From IMG/VR virus record IMGVR_UViG_2738541308_000001, positions 20,260-84,259 of that record: DNA of 64,000 nucleotides. One strand, given 5' to 3'. This DNA is from a virus (Duplodnaviria > Caudoviricetes). Below are positions 38,940 through 49,900 of the stretch, in pieces; within the stretch, counting starts at the first letter, position 1, and each line of letters starts with the position of its first letter. The notes below the pieces were generated by a model. It worked only from the letters and a program-made list of their open reading frames with translations, was not told the DNA's origin and made no database searches. The position numbers and the translations under genes were made by a program.

Positions 38940-40775
38940 ATGTCGTTAGGCCCCGAGCAGATCGAAGCTCTCATCCGGGCGTCGTCGGCGGTGTACGCCT
39001 CAGCCGAGCAAGTGCTGATCGGCCGTGTCGCCGCGGCCGTAGCCGAGGATGCCCGCCAACCGCGGTCCGGCGTGCGTCGGTGGAGCCGCATGAACGAATT
39101 CCGCAGCGCGGCGCGGGAGTTGATGGCCGGTACCTACGTCCGTGGACGAAGAGAGGCGATGCGGGCTCTGGCCGAGTCCGCGGATCGAGGCCGGCGTGCG
39201 GCGATGAAAGAGCTCCCGTCGGTATGGCTTCGGGAGTCAGCACCACACGTGCCACGCACATCAGCCGCAACGCTGGTTCGCGCACCTGCGGGGTTGTTGC
39301 CGTCGTTGTCGCGGATGCATCCGCACATCCTGGCCTCAACCGAAGGCCTCTACCGGCAGGTCATGGCAGGAGTCCTATCCTCCCGGATCCAGGGGGAAGC
39401 CGGTCGGGTGGCGCTCGCGCAGCAGATGCTCGACCGGTTCGCAGCACGCGGAATCACCGGCTTCGTCGATCGGCGCGGTCGCAGGATCAACCTGGTCAAC
39501 TACGTCGAAATGGCAACCCGCACAGCATGTGCGCGGGCTGCGATGGATACGCACACGGCACTGCTGTCGGAGAATGGCTACGACCTGGTGCGTGTAAGCA
39601 CCGTGGCGAATTGCTCACCACAATGCGCACCGTTCCAGGGTCGGCTCCTGTCCCTGACTGGCGCCACACGCGGTGCGATCCACGCCGGCCGATCAGTCCC
39701 GGTGGTGGCGTCATTATCCGAGGCACGCGCACGCGGACTGCACCACCCGGGCTGCCGCCACGGTTTGCGACTGTGGGTGCCCGGCGACGATCTCCCGAAC
39801 GTGACACCGGTTGATCCCGCTGGATACGTGGCCACGCAACAGTTGCGAGCCCTCGAACGAGAGGTGCGGGCCAGCAAGCGGATGCGCGCGGCAGCGATCA
39901 CCCCCGCTGCAATAGCAACGGCGAACACTCGCGTGCGCGCAGCACAGAAGCAAATCCGAGAACTGGTCGACGAGACCGGCGTGCCACGCTTGCGGCGCCG
40001 AGAACAGATCGACCTCGGATACCGCACACGGCTCGAGCGCCCGGCGATGGTGACGGGCAACCCAGGTCCACCAGCTCCTGACTCGCCTCGCTCCCATGGC
40101 GGCGACGGATACCAACGCCAACTGCAACGGCTCACCGACATCGACGTCGCGGCGACCGGATTCGAGGTCGCAGACCTGGACACATTCGGAGAACTGGTGG
40201 ACGCGGTCGTCGACATGCATTACAGGTATCCGTGGGCGCGGGCGCCCCGCTTGCGAACACGAGACCTCCCCGAGCGGCACCTGGCGAACGCGGGCGGCAA
40301 TCCGGATCCCGACAACCCCGGAGGATGGATCGTCGGCAGGCTCTCGGTTTCGGAGACAGTGCTCCGCGACCGGTCAGCCCTGCTGGCTTCACTCGAACAG
40401 GACGAGCAAGGCGGTTTCCACCCACGCAACTCAGCCCGCAGAGGGATGTGGTCGGTCATCGTCCACGAATTCGGGCACGTCATCGACCACCTCGGCAATC
40501 ACACGGCGCGCCGGAAAGTACTTCGGACGGTCACAGAGGTCATGTCACGGCATCCTGAGGTGGTGAAAGGCGACAACGACACTCAAACCCGATGGCTGCA
40601 GAGTCAGATGTCGGGGTACTCGTTCCGCCACGACAACTCCATGATCGTCGATCCGGTCGAAGTTCTCGGCGAAGCGTTCCTCGACGTCGAACTCAACGGC
40701 GACGACGCAACGGAAGTCTCGCGCGCACTGCACGAGATGCTGCTCGCACAGGTTCCGGAGGCTAGAAAGCAATGA
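38940..40775 (+). CDS. Minor capsid / head morphogenesis protein with C-terminal HExxH domain
   Basis: YVEMATRT, C..C.PFQGR, GLHHPGCRH, QLRALER; HEFGH. Confidence 0.85.
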   Translation: MSLGPEQIEALIRASSAVYASAEQVLIGRVAAAVAEDARQPRSGVRRWSRMNEFRSAARELMAGTYVRGRREAMRALAESADRGRRAAMKELPSVWLRESAPHVPRTSAATLVRAPAGLLPSLSRMHPHILASTEGLYRQVMAGVLSSRIQGEAGRVALAQQMLDRFAARGITGFVDRRGRRINLVNYVEMATRTACARAAMDTHTALLSENGYDLVRVSTVANCSPQCAPFQGRLLSLTGATRGAIHAGRSVPVVASLSEARARGLHHPGCRHGLRLWVPGDDLPNVTPVDPAGYVATQQLRALEREVRASKRMRAAAITPAAIATANTRVRAAQKQIRELVDETGVPRLRRREQIDLGYRTRLERPAMVTGNPGPPAPDSPRSHGGDGYQRQLQRLTDIDVAATGFEVADLDTFGELVDAVVDMHYRYPWARAPRLRTRDLPERHLANAGGNPDPDNPGGWIVGRLSVSETVLRDRSALLASLEQDEQGGFHPRNSARRGMWSVIVHEFGHVIDHLGNHTARRKVLRTVTEVMSRHPEVVKGDNDTQTRWLQSQMSGYSFRHDNSMIVDPVEVLGEAFLDVELNGDDATEVSRALHEMLLAQVPEARKQ

Positions 40776-40996
40776 GAACCAACGGCACTCCGACCGGCTA
40801 CTCCGAATGGCGAACACTATTCGAGTACGACATCAACCTCGCGATCGATGAGGGAGAAGTCAACTCTTGCAGCCCGTTCGGGCCATGGCACGACGACGCA
40901 CTCGCAGCCATCATCACCGCCACACCGTCCGACAGACCTGCCGCGATCGCCGCGGCCTGGACGCAGTTCCACGCCGAACACCCCCAAGGCATCTAA
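40772..40996 (+). CDS. Small hypothetical protein
   Basis: ATGA-coupled to minor capsid gene. Confidence 0.6.
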   Translation: MRTNGTPTGYSEWRTLFEYDINLAIDEGEVNSCSPFGPWHDDALAAIITATPSDRPAAIAAAWTQFHAEHPQGI

Positions 40997-41057
40997 CCCA
41001 ACCGAACAGCCGACAAGCCCGCACACCACACCGGTGTAGCGGGCTTGTCGCCGTTCA

Positions 41058-41129
41058 TGGTGCGTAGCTCACCCGGAGAGCAACCGGTTCCTGACCGGCG
41101 AGTCGCAGGTTCGACCCCTGCCGCATCAA
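41058..41129 (+). tRNA. tRNA-Arg(CCT)-like, non-canonical
   Basis: Acceptor TGGTGCG/CGCATCA, D-stem GCTC/GAGC, anticodon loop TTCCTGA, T-arm GCAGG-TTCGACC-CCTGC; no encoded CCA. Confidence 0.7.
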
Positions 41130-41141
41130 CGTCCCCCGTAC

Positions 41142-41260
41142 CTGCCCTGGCGGCAGAACCGGGACCTTCAAGCCTCTGACCTGGCGTCGGGGCTCCTTTC
41201 ACATTTCCCGCGGTACCGACCTGGCGTCGTGCCGTCTGCCTACCCGCCGCCCGGCGCGGC
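41142..41260 (+). repeat. Four tandem hairpins with CYGGC loops upstream of scaffold gene
   Basis: Stems at 41142-56, 41171-94, 41211-34, 41246-60. Confidence 0.75.
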
Positions 41261-41275
41261 AAGAAGGGCCACCTC

Positions 41276-42037
41276 ATGTCCGACAGCACCAGCACAGTCG
41301 TCGAAACCGACAGCCCCGCAGGTGATCCCACCGACAACGACACCACCGTCGAGGAGACCACCACCACCGAACCCACCACGGGTAACGAAGGCGGCGCAAC
41401 GACCACCGACGACGACGATCCCGTCATCAAGGTTTCCGAGGCGCGCAAACTCCGCCGCGAAAACCAGCAGCTCCGACAGGCGAACCAGGAAGCGATCGCC
41501 AAGGCCGCCGAAGAAGCCGCCGACAAGGCACGCGAAGAAGCCCGCGCAGCAGCCGAACAGCAGCAGCGGGAGTTCACCGAACGACTCGGCAAGGAACTCG
41601 GAATTCTCCCCGCAGAGGACAAGACCGAAGTCGACCCCGCCGAGGTAGTTGCCCAGGCGAAGGCCAAGGCAGACGACGCCGAAGCACGCGCGACAGCGCA
41701 GACCAAGGCAGCCGCCGAAGCCCGACGCGACCTCGCCCTCTACCGCGCTGCAGACGACACCGACGCCGATGCTGTCGCACTGCTCGACTCCCTCACGTTC
41801 CGAACCACCATCGCTGCGATCGACCCGGACGCAACGGATCTCGAGGACCAGCTGAAGACCGCGATCGAGAACGCGATCGCCGAGCACCCACGCCTGCGCA
41901 AGCCGAAGAAGGACGGCCCCGCACGTTCGGGTGCCGACCTCTCCGCCGGCAACGGCGACCCCACCGCCGGTGAGCCCAAGGCCACCGACATCGATTCCCT
42001 CCGAGTTTCGCGCCGCAAGCGGCGCGATGCCCGCTGA
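41276..42037 (+). CDS. Capsid scaffolding protein
   Basis: Acidic coiled coil, LLDS..F, RSGAD; precedes capsid. Confidence 0.88.
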   Translation: MSDSTSTVVETDSPAGDPTDNDTTVEETTTTEPTTGNEGGATTTDDDDPVIKVSEARKLRRENQQLRQANQEAIAKAAEEAADKAREEARAAAEQQQREFTERLGKELGILPAEDKTEVDPAEVVAQAKAKADDAEARATAQTKAAAEARRDLALYRAADDTDADAVALLDSLTFRTTIAAIDPDATDLEDQLKTAIENAIAEHPRLRKPKKDGPARSGADLSAGNGDPTAGEPKATDIDSLRVSRRKRRDAR

Positions 42038-42056
42038 CCCGTAAGGAGCCCACACC

Positions 42057-42980
42057 GTGGCAAACAACTTCCTCACCCCCGACGTCATCGCACGCCAGGC
42101 CCTCGCGACGCTCTACGAATCGCTGGTCATGGTGCCACTCGTGCACACCGACCACTCTCGCGAGTTCACCGCGCAGAAGGTCGGCAACACGGTCAACGTC
42201 CGCAAGCCCGCTGTCTTCGAGGCCAAGGATTTCAACCGAGCAACCGGCATCGAGATCCAGTCCGCCACCGAAGGCCAGATCCCGGTGGTCCTCGATCGCA
42301 TCGCAGACGTCTCGTTCGAGGTGACCTCGGAAGAGCTCACGCTCGATATCGAGGACTTCGATGAGCAGCTTCTCACCCCGGCCATGGAGGCGATTGCGCA
42401 GAAGATCGACCGCGCCATCCTTTCCCTGCGGGACGACGTAACCCAGGAAGCCGGTCTGCCTGCGCAGGCAGGATTCGAGTGGAACAAGCCCGAGGCGCTG
42501 ATCGAGGTTGGGCGCGTCCTCGACATCAACAAGCTCCCGGAGACGCTGCGGCACGCAGTCATCGGCCCCACGACCAAGGCCCAGTGGCTCAACTCCGACA
42601 TCATCAAGCACGCTGACAAGTCGGGCAGCACCGAGGCACTGCGCCGCGGCTCTCTCGGCCGCGACGTGTTCGGCTTCGACGTCTACCAGACGCAGAACGT
42701 CGGTCAGCCGAAGGCTCCCGGCGCGCAGGCAGCCGGCGACCCCACGACCGAGGTCGGCGTCGGATTCCACCCGACCGCGTTCGCCTTCGTCAGCGCACCT
42801 CTGGAGATTGCACCCGGCAGCAACGCCGAGGTCGCAACCTACAAGGGCATCAGCATCCGCATCGCTTCGGACTACGACATCAACAAGAAGGTGTCGGTCA
42901 TCTCGCTCGACACGCTGTACGGCGTGAAGACGATCGACAAGAACCGTGCGGTGCTGATCAAGGGCGCCGACAAGGCCTGA
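42057..42980 (+). CDS. Major capsid protein
   Basis: ANNFLTP, GNTVNVRKP, SLDTLYGVK; P22-coat-like. Confidence 0.92.
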   Translation: MANNFLTPDVIARQALATLYESLVMVPLVHTDHSREFTAQKVGNTVNVRKPAVFEAKDFNRATGIEIQSATEGQIPVVLDRIADVSFEVTSEELTLDIEDFDEQLLTPAMEAIAQKIDRAILSLRDDVTQEAGLPAQAGFEWNKPEALIEVGRVLDINKLPETLRHAVIGPTTKAQWLNSDIIKHADKSGSTEALRRGSLGRDVFGFDVYQTQNVGQPKAPGAQAAGDPTTEVGVGFHPTAFAFVSAPLEIAPGSNAEVATYKGISIRIASDYDINKKVSVISLDTLYGVKTIDKNRAVLIKGADKA

Positions 42981-42985
42981 GCCTG

Positions 42986-43456
42986 ATGCCCACCTTCCGT
43001 AATTGCAACAGCGGCCAGGTTGTGCAGGTAGACGACGATCCGTCGCACCTGTCCGACCTGGCCCGCTGGGAACGCATCGAGGAGGGGCTCAGCGCCCCAG
43101 CCGAATTGACGCACACCCCGTCGAGTGATGTCACTTCGGAAGTCGGCGGTCACACCGTCGAACCGACAACCAACGATGGCCTCGAATCGGCCGAAGCGGC
43201 CATCGAATCGGCCGAAGCGAAGGTCGCCGACGCGACCGTCGCAGCCGAGGACGCACAGACGGCACTCGAGGAAGCCCACGAGGACGCCACCGCACAGGTC
43301 CAGGAACTCAGCGGCGAACTCGCGGGCACACTCCCGGCAGCCGACGCAGAACGATCCGACTGGGTTGCCTACGCCCTCGCGCACGGCAAGACCGAGGACG
43401 ACGTCAAGGGCGTGTCGACCAAGAAGATCGCGGCTTGGTTCCTGCCGGCCAAGTGA
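42986..43456 (+). CDS. Hypothetical head-associated protein
   Basis: Position after capsid; C-terminal DWVAYA motif. Confidence 0.7.
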   Translation: MPTFRNCNSGQVVQVDDDPSHLSDLARWERIEEGLSAPAELTHTPSSDVTSEVGGHTVEPTTNDGLESAEAAIESAEAKVADATVAAEDAQTALEEAHEDATAQVQELSGELAGTLPAADAERSDWVAYALAHGKTEDDVKGVSTKKIAAWFLPAK

Positions 43457-43473
43457 TCGAAAGGCGGTGACCG

Positions 43474-43896
43474 ATGGGCATTCTGGTTCACGCAACGCCT
43501 GACGATCTCGTCGACGGGGACTGGTTCGAGTCAGTCCCCGTCGGGGCGGCGTCGCTACTGCGGTCTGCGAGCATCCTGGTCAGCAAAGCGACCAGGCATG
43601 ACCGATACGACACAACACCGGCAGGAGCGCCGTCCGACCCGACGGTTGCCGAAGCGTTCCGCGATGCGACGTGCCTGCAGGTCACCGAGTGGAGCGCGGC
43701 GAAGGTGGATCCGAACAAAGGTGCCTTCGGGCAAGACCTTCAGATCGGATCGCAGTCGGTGCCAGGCGGTTCGGTGACCTATGCCGGGCAAGCCACAGTC
43801 GAACAACGCGCGAAAGCGGCAACTCAGCTTTCGGAACTCGCGTTCGACGTGCTCACGAACGCCGGGCTCGGCACACGCGCGCCGAGGTACCTGTAA
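43474..43896 (+). CDS. Head-to-tail adaptor
   Basis: LLRSAS..V, RDATCLQV; synteny. Confidence 0.8.
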   Translation: MGILVHATPDDLVDGDWFESVPVGAASLLRSASILVSKATRHDRYDTTPAGAPSDPTVAEAFRDATCLQVTEWSAAKVDPNKGAFGQDLQIGSQSVPGGSVTYAGQATVEQRAKAATQLSELAFDVLTNAGLGTRAPRYL

Positions 43897-44219
43897 TGGA
43901 GTTCCCAGCAGGATCGATGCTCACCGTTCTCCGTGCACCTGATGTCGACGTGCACGGAGACGGTGACTACGAGGAAGTCGGGTCGATCGGCCCATGCGAC
44001 AGCCCCCGCATGGCAGGCGGTCACCAGGGGAACCGACAGGATCGCGACACCAACACGATTCCGGTGTCCGCTCCGGTCGGATCAGACGTTCGTAAGAGCG
44101 ACCGAATCAAACTCCCGGACGGGACGATCGCGTCGATCACATCGGACGTCGAACCCCAGACCAACCCGTTCACAGGATGGACACCGTTCATCCGGTTCAC
44201 TCTCACGGAGGTGACGTGA
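43896..44219 (+). CDS. Head-to-tail stopper
   Basis: DVRKSDRI, NPFTGW; synteny. Confidence 0.78.
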   Translation: MEFPAGSMLTVLRAPDVDVHGDGDYEEVGSIGPCDSPRMAGGHQGNRQDRDTNTIPVSAPVGSDVRKSDRIKLPDGTIASITSDVEPQTNPFTGWTPFIRFTLTEVT

Positions 44220-44533
44220 TGGGTTCCCTGAGAACGAGTTCCGCTGGAAACAACCTGGACGTGTACCTGAGTGAATCCGATGACCTCGCGAAGGTCATTC
44301 ACACCAAGTGTGAGATCGGTGCGGCGTTCTGGACGGCGAACTCTCGCAAGCGAACCGGCTACAACTCGCAATCCGTGACCACGCTGCTGACTCGCGGAGG
44401 CCTCAACGGCACGAAACAGGTCGGCGTGATCTACGCGTTCGGTCACTACGCGCGGTTCCGTGAACACGGCACCCGATACAACAGGCCAGAACGGGTTCTT
44501 GCGCAGGCCATTTCAGTGATCGAGTCCACGTGA
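44219..44533 (+). CDS. Neck/tail completion protein
   Basis: RTG, EHGT motifs; synteny. Confidence 0.72.
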   Translation: MGSLRTSSAGNNLDVYLSESDDLAKVIHTKCEIGAAFWTANSRKRTGYNSQSVTTLLTRGGLNGTKQVGVIYAFGHYARFREHGTRYNRPERVLAQAISVIEST

Positions 44534-44925
44534 TGGGGCCATTTCCCGACGCTGAACAGGTGCTCGTCGACCTGCTCGCACCATTCGGGCACGCATGCAC
44601 CTATCTACCAGTCGACCAAAAAGGCGACTTCGACGTCACGAAGATGCCGGTCATCTGGATCACCCGAAACGGCGGCAGCCGCGACGAGATCACCGACCGC
44701 CCGATCCTGCAGGTCGCCGTCTTCGCCCGGAAACGATCAACATCGACCGGCATCGCCGAACAGTGCCGCGAAGCGGTCCTGAACTCGGTCAACCGCAAGA
44801 TCGCGGGCGCACTCGTCGACGCCGCTCGCGAGGTCACCGGTGTAACGCAACTCCCGGACATCGACCCCCTGAACCGGATGGTCCAAGCCACGTACCAGCT
44901 CAGTTTCCGTCGTACGCGGCTCTGA
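44530..44925 (+). CDS. Tail terminator
   Basis: FPDAE, RNGG, precedes major tail. Confidence 0.8.
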   Translation: MMGPFPDAEQVLVDLLAPFGHACTYLPVDQKGDFDVTKMPVIWITRNGGSRDEITDRPILQVAVFARKRSTSTGIAEQCREAVLNSVNRKIAGALVDAAREVTGVTQLPDIDPLNRMVQATYQLSFRRTRL

Positions 44926-45000
44926 CCACGACTCGCCGCCGCTTCCGCTCCCGGTGGGGCAGCGGTCGCTCACTCGTAACCCCACGTAAGGAGACCTCCC

Positions 45001-45648
45001 ATGGCATTTGACGATGCCCTGCTCGACCTCAAGGCAGAACTGGTCCGCAAGCCCAACAAGGGCGCGGTTCTCATCGCGCCAATGACTGCGGCCATCCCGG
45101 TCAAGTTCACGACCGGTGCCACCGCCGACCTCGTGGATTTCACCGGCTTCTCGTCCGTCGGCCACATCGCCAAGGACGCGCCACCGAGCTTCACCCCGGA
45201 CGTCCAGACCACGACCATCGAAGCGTGGGGTGTGCTCGAAGAAGTCCGCGAGGACGTCATCAAGCGCACACTCGCCGTCGGATACACCCCGATCGAGACC
45301 AGCCGCAGGGTCCTCGAGATGTACCACAACGTCGACCTGTCTCAGGTGGCGCCCGACCCGACAACCGGTGAAGTTCAGTTCTCTGAACCCACCTCCCCGG
45401 CAACGCGGTACTACCGAACGATCTTCCTCGGCATCGACGGCGCGGAAGGCGAGGAAATCTACTTCGGCCGCATCCTGCCCCGCGCAACGGTTTCCGAAGT
45501 CGCAGCGCAGGACTGGGGAACGGACAAGGCGCTGTCCTACCCGATGACCCTCAAGGCGAAGGTCGACTCGACCCTCGGTTACTCCTCGCGACTGTTCTTC
45601 GGTGGTCCGGGCTGGAAGGCCCTCGCCGGCAAGCACGGCTTCGCCTGA
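45001..45648 (+). CDS. Major tail protein
   Basis: VGHI.KD, IEAWG, FFGGPGWKAL. Confidence 0.9.
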   Translation: MAFDDALLDLKAELVRKPNKGAVLIAPMTAAIPVKFTTGATADLVDFTGFSSVGHIAKDAPPSFTPDVQTTTIEAWGVLEEVREDVIKRTLAVGYTPIETSRRVLEMYHNVDLSQVAPDPTTGEVQFSEPTSPATRYYRTIFLGIDGAEGEEIYFGRILPRATVSEVAAQDWGTDKALSYPMTLKAKVDSTLGYSSRLFFGGPGWKALAGKHGFA

Positions 45649-45658
45649 TCGATCCAAC

Positions 45659-45697
45659 ACGCCCGCCACATCAACCGTCTGGTGTGGCGGGCGTTTC
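45659..45697 (+). terminator. Hairpin terminator after major tail gene
   Basis: ACGCCCGCCACATCA/TGGTGTGGCGGGCGT then TT. Confidence 0.6.
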
Positions 45698-45727
45698 GTC
45701 CACAACCTGAACACCTTTGGGAGAGAC

Positions 45728-45970
45728 ATGTCCGACAACCCGTACGACCTTCCCCGCGTCTTGGAAAAGGGCGAGGAGAAGGTCACCGTTCACAGCGCAA
45801 CCGCGTACCACAACCTGCTGGGCCGCGGCTTCCGTGTCGCAGCATCAGATTCCGACCTGGCCGACGACAGCACCGCAACCAACGACGCGTCGACACCCGC
45901 TGAGACCACCACATCTGAAGACGCCCAGCCGTCCAAGCCCGCCAAGCCGCGCTCCCGCTCGGCCTCCTGA
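45728..45970 (+). CDS. Small hypothetical tail-region protein
   Basis: GGGAGAG RBS. Confidence 0.65.
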   Translation: MSDNPYDLPRVLEKGEEKVTVHSATAYHNLLGRGFRVAASDSDLADDSTATNDASTPAETTTSEDAQPSKPAKPRSRSAS

Positions 45971-45996
45971 CCCTCGAACGAAAAGAGACACACCCC

Positions 45997-46889
45997 ATGG
46001 CTACCCCCCGCAAGGCCACCGCCCCCAAGCCCCGCCGCATCGCGCCCGTGCAGGAACCGGAGAAGAAGGTCGTCGGCCGCTTCACCGCCCTCGCCAACGA
46101 AGCCACCAAGGACTTCGTGCCCCTCGACCCGTACGTGATCGGTGAAGAAGACGGCATCGTGCCCGACATCGTAATCACCGAGCCGGTCGAGACCGAACGG
46201 ATCGTCGCGATGACCATGCTCCTCGAGCACGGGATCAAGAATCTGTCTCCCCAAGACTTTCAGCCGCTGCTGATGGCGGTATGCGGTGAAGCATACGAGC
46301 GAGTGTGGTCGGAACTGTTGCGAGGCAAGCACTTCAAGGTCACCGCTGCGTTCCTCCAGGATGTGCAGACGCACTTCTACGGGCAACGGCCGCAGGGGAG
46401 CAACGGGGCGAGTGATGTCCCGGGGGGATCGCAGGGCTGATCCAGCTCATCGACGCCTACGGGGAAGAGATCGAGTTCGACCTTCAACGCGAGTTCGGAC
46501 TCGATCTCCTCGACTTCTTTCGTCACAAACACCCGTGGCCGAAGCTGTATCGGCTCCTCTACCGACTTCCAGAGCACACCCACTACAAAGCCGCTCGCGC
46601 AATGGATTTCGAGTTGGCTGAATACCTCCTCGACCAAGACTCCAGCGCTGGGGGCGACGCGCCCGCACCGCTGATGACACCTCTGGGAATGTCCCGCGAG
46701 GTCTACCTGCAAATGGCGACGGTCGAAGCCATCCAAGGACTCGACTACACCCTTCGGCGAGTCCATGGAAACAAGGGGTCGCCGCCGCTGCCTCTCGAAC
46801 GGCCACGTACCGCCCTCGAACTCCTCGAACGCGAACGCGACACGAAATCCGTCGATCGCGTTCTCGCGAAATTGGGGCTCAACAACTAA
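45997..46889 (+). CDS. Tail assembly chaperones G (45997-46440) and GT via -1 frameshift
   Basis: Slippery G_GGG_GGA at 46422-46428; -1 frame open to 46889 (IEFDLQREFGLDLLDFF). Confidence 0.85.
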
Positions 46890-46904
46890 ATAGCGAGGTG
46901 ACCT

Positions 46905-49900
46905 GTGGCCGACAGTTACAACGCGGGATCCGCACGGCTGATTGTCGAACCAGAGCTATCGGCGAACTTCCACGAGCGACTGCGATTCCTCGTCAATTCG
47001 CGTCGCGTCGACGCAACTGTTCAGGTCGAGCCCAACCTTGCCGGATTCCACCAGCGGGTGCGGAACGGTACCCGGAACATGCCGGCAGTCGAGGTCGACA
47101 TCACCCCGAATCTCACGGGGCTGCGTAATCGCGTACGTACCCAGTTGCAGGGGATGGAAGCCGACGTCACCGTTCGCGCCGATCTGGACCTGACCAGGGC
47201 ACATGCGCAAATGCAGGCGTTCCGGGCATCGATCAGAGACGTCCACATGAACCTGGACATCGACACAGGTGCGGCGATGACTCAGGTCGCAGCTCTGACC
47301 GCACAGGTATTGGCGCTCGAGGCGCTGATTCGTGGCATGCCGCCGATCCCTGCCGGTGGTGGAGGTGGCGGCGCCGGTGGCGGTGCCGGAGCAGCTCTCA
47401 GTGGCATTGCTTCCGGTGCAGGTCTGGCGAAGATCGCTTTGGTCGCGTTGGGTGCAGTGTCGTTGGTACCGCTCATCGGCCAACTCGTCCAGGCAGCAGG
47501 GGTCGTGGCACTGCTCCCCGCGATGGGTGCTGCTGCCGCCGCGACCTTCGCAACGATCGCAGTCGGTGCCACCGGCATCAAGGACGCCTTCGAGGCAGGC
47601 AAGGAAGCGGCCAAGAACTCCGCGAAGGAGTCGGCAGCCGCAGCGAAGCAGACCGAGGCCGCTCAGCGCTCTCTTGCCGACGCGATCGACGCGGTGGAGC
47701 AGGCAGAGAAGGGCCACACACGAGCACTGCGTGAGGTCGAGTCTGCGGAGAAGAACAACCGTCGCGCGGTGGCGGACGCGGAACTCGCACAGAAGTCGCT
47801 CACGCAGGCGCGCAAGGCCGCAACCGAGCAGATCGAGGACATGAACCTCGCCCTCAAGCGCAGTTCCCTCGACGAAGAGGACGCGCTACTCGGGGTTCAG
47901 GAGTCCTGGGAACGACTGGTCGAAGCCCGAAGCTCCGGCGATACGACCCCGACCCAGCTACGCAGGGCCGATCTCGCCTACCGCCAGCAGGTCCAGCGTC
48001 TGACGGAAGTCCGCGAGGCGAACCAGGATCTCCGGGCCGAGGTCGCTGACGTCAACGCCAAGGGCGTCGAAGGTGCGGACCAGGTCGTCGCTGCTCAACA
48101 GGCAGTGGTGGACGCCGATGACCGTGTCGTCGACTCGAAGCAAGCGATCGTCGATGCGCAGGATCGAGTCGCTGAGTCGCAGAGAGGGATTGAGCGGGCA
48201 CTCGACAACGTGGCGGTCGCTCAGCAGAACCTGAACGACACCATGGCAGCAGGATCGCCGTCCCTCGAGAAGTACAACGAGGCGCTCGCGAACCTCTCGC
48301 CGAATGCACGGCAGTTCGTCGAGATGACACGCGGAATGTCCGACGCCTGGAAGGAACTCCGGTTCTCGGTACAGGACGCGCTGTTCGACGGGATGGGGCA
48401 GAAGTTCTCGGAGCTCGGCGGCACCTACATGCCGATCCTGACGGACGGTCTGACGGCGCTGGCGGACGTGTTGAACACCAAACTGAAATCGGCCATGGAT
48501 TGGCTGATGACCGATGGTGTCAAGGACGACATCTCGCAGATCCTCACCAACACGGCAGAAGCGTTGGGGCCGTTGCTGGATGGTCTCGGCAATCTCGGTT
48601 CTGCGCTGCTGGACCTCTCCGCCGTCGGATCGGATTTCCTCCCCTCTATCACCGGTGCTTTCGAGGAGGGGACCGGCAATTTCGCCGAAATGATCCACTC
48701 GATGCGCACCACCATCGACGAAAACGGTAAGTCGCAACTGCACAATTTCATGCAGGAAGCGATCGACACGTTCGCTCAAATCTGGCGCATCATCAAGGGA
48801 ATCGGCGAACTCGCGGGCAACATGTTCGCTGGCTCGGATGAGGTGGGGGAGTCCTGGCTCGACTCGATCGAGTCCACCCTCGACCGCTGGAACGAATTCC
48901 TCGGAACGCCCGAAGGTCGCGAAGAAATCAAGAAGTTCTTCGAGGACGTCAAGTCGATCGTCGAATCGATCATGGGCATAATCTCCACGGCCGCAGGGCT
49001 GTTGGGGACGTTCCGGCCCGCCCGAAGCAGTGACGACGGTGAACAAGGCGACGCACCCGGCAAGGTTCCCGAACAGCTCGAACCTGGTCAGGCGCAACGC
49101 GCGGGCGCACTGCGGCAAGTGTGGGACGGAGCCGACAACGACGGTGGCTGGTGGGGCAAAACCTCGCGAGGCGTCAACTCGTTCTTCGGCTACAACAACG
49201 AAAAAGACGAGTACGACGGTGGTCTGTGGAACAAGGACCACGGCGGCTGGGGCGGGGCGATCAACCGCGGACTCAGCGGCGTCGGTGACTTCGTCAGCGG
49301 CGGCGCGTGGGACTGGATCGGCGCGGAAGAAGGGCAGTCTCCCGCCGCAGCGTTGTGGGAGAAGTCGATCAATGCGGCCAAGGAGGCGTGGGACGGATTC
49401 ACCGGCTCTGTCGGCGACAAGGTCGAGGACACCAAGAAGTGGTTCGGTGACGTCAGCTCCCGGATCGGTGAAATCGGATCATCGGCGATCACCGGTCTAC
49501 GAGACGGGGCGAAGGCCAAGTGGGACGAACTGTGCTCACGGGTCTCGGACGGTTGGAATAACACCATCCGGCCGGCGTGGGACACCCTACGCAACGAAGG
49601 CCTCGGTGGACTCGCCAACGATTTCCTCTCGAAGATCACCAACGGAGCCGTCACGGACTGGAAGAACCTTCCATCCGCGATCGGTTCCGGTATCGCGGAC
49701 ATCGTCGAAAAGCACTTCCCAGGATTCCGGGGCGCGCTCGACGAACTGCGAAACTTCTTCGGCGGCATCGTCTCTGCGATCGGCGACATCTGGGACGGCT
49801 TGAGGGAACGCCTGGCCGGGCCGATCAACTTCGTCATCGACACCGTGCTCAACAACGGGCTCGGCAAGGCATGGAATGCCGTCGCGGGACTGCTCGATCT

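Noticed and set aside
46422-46428. Tail chaperone -1 frameshift as a novelty
   Set aside because: Standard siphovirus feature; recorded as a feature only
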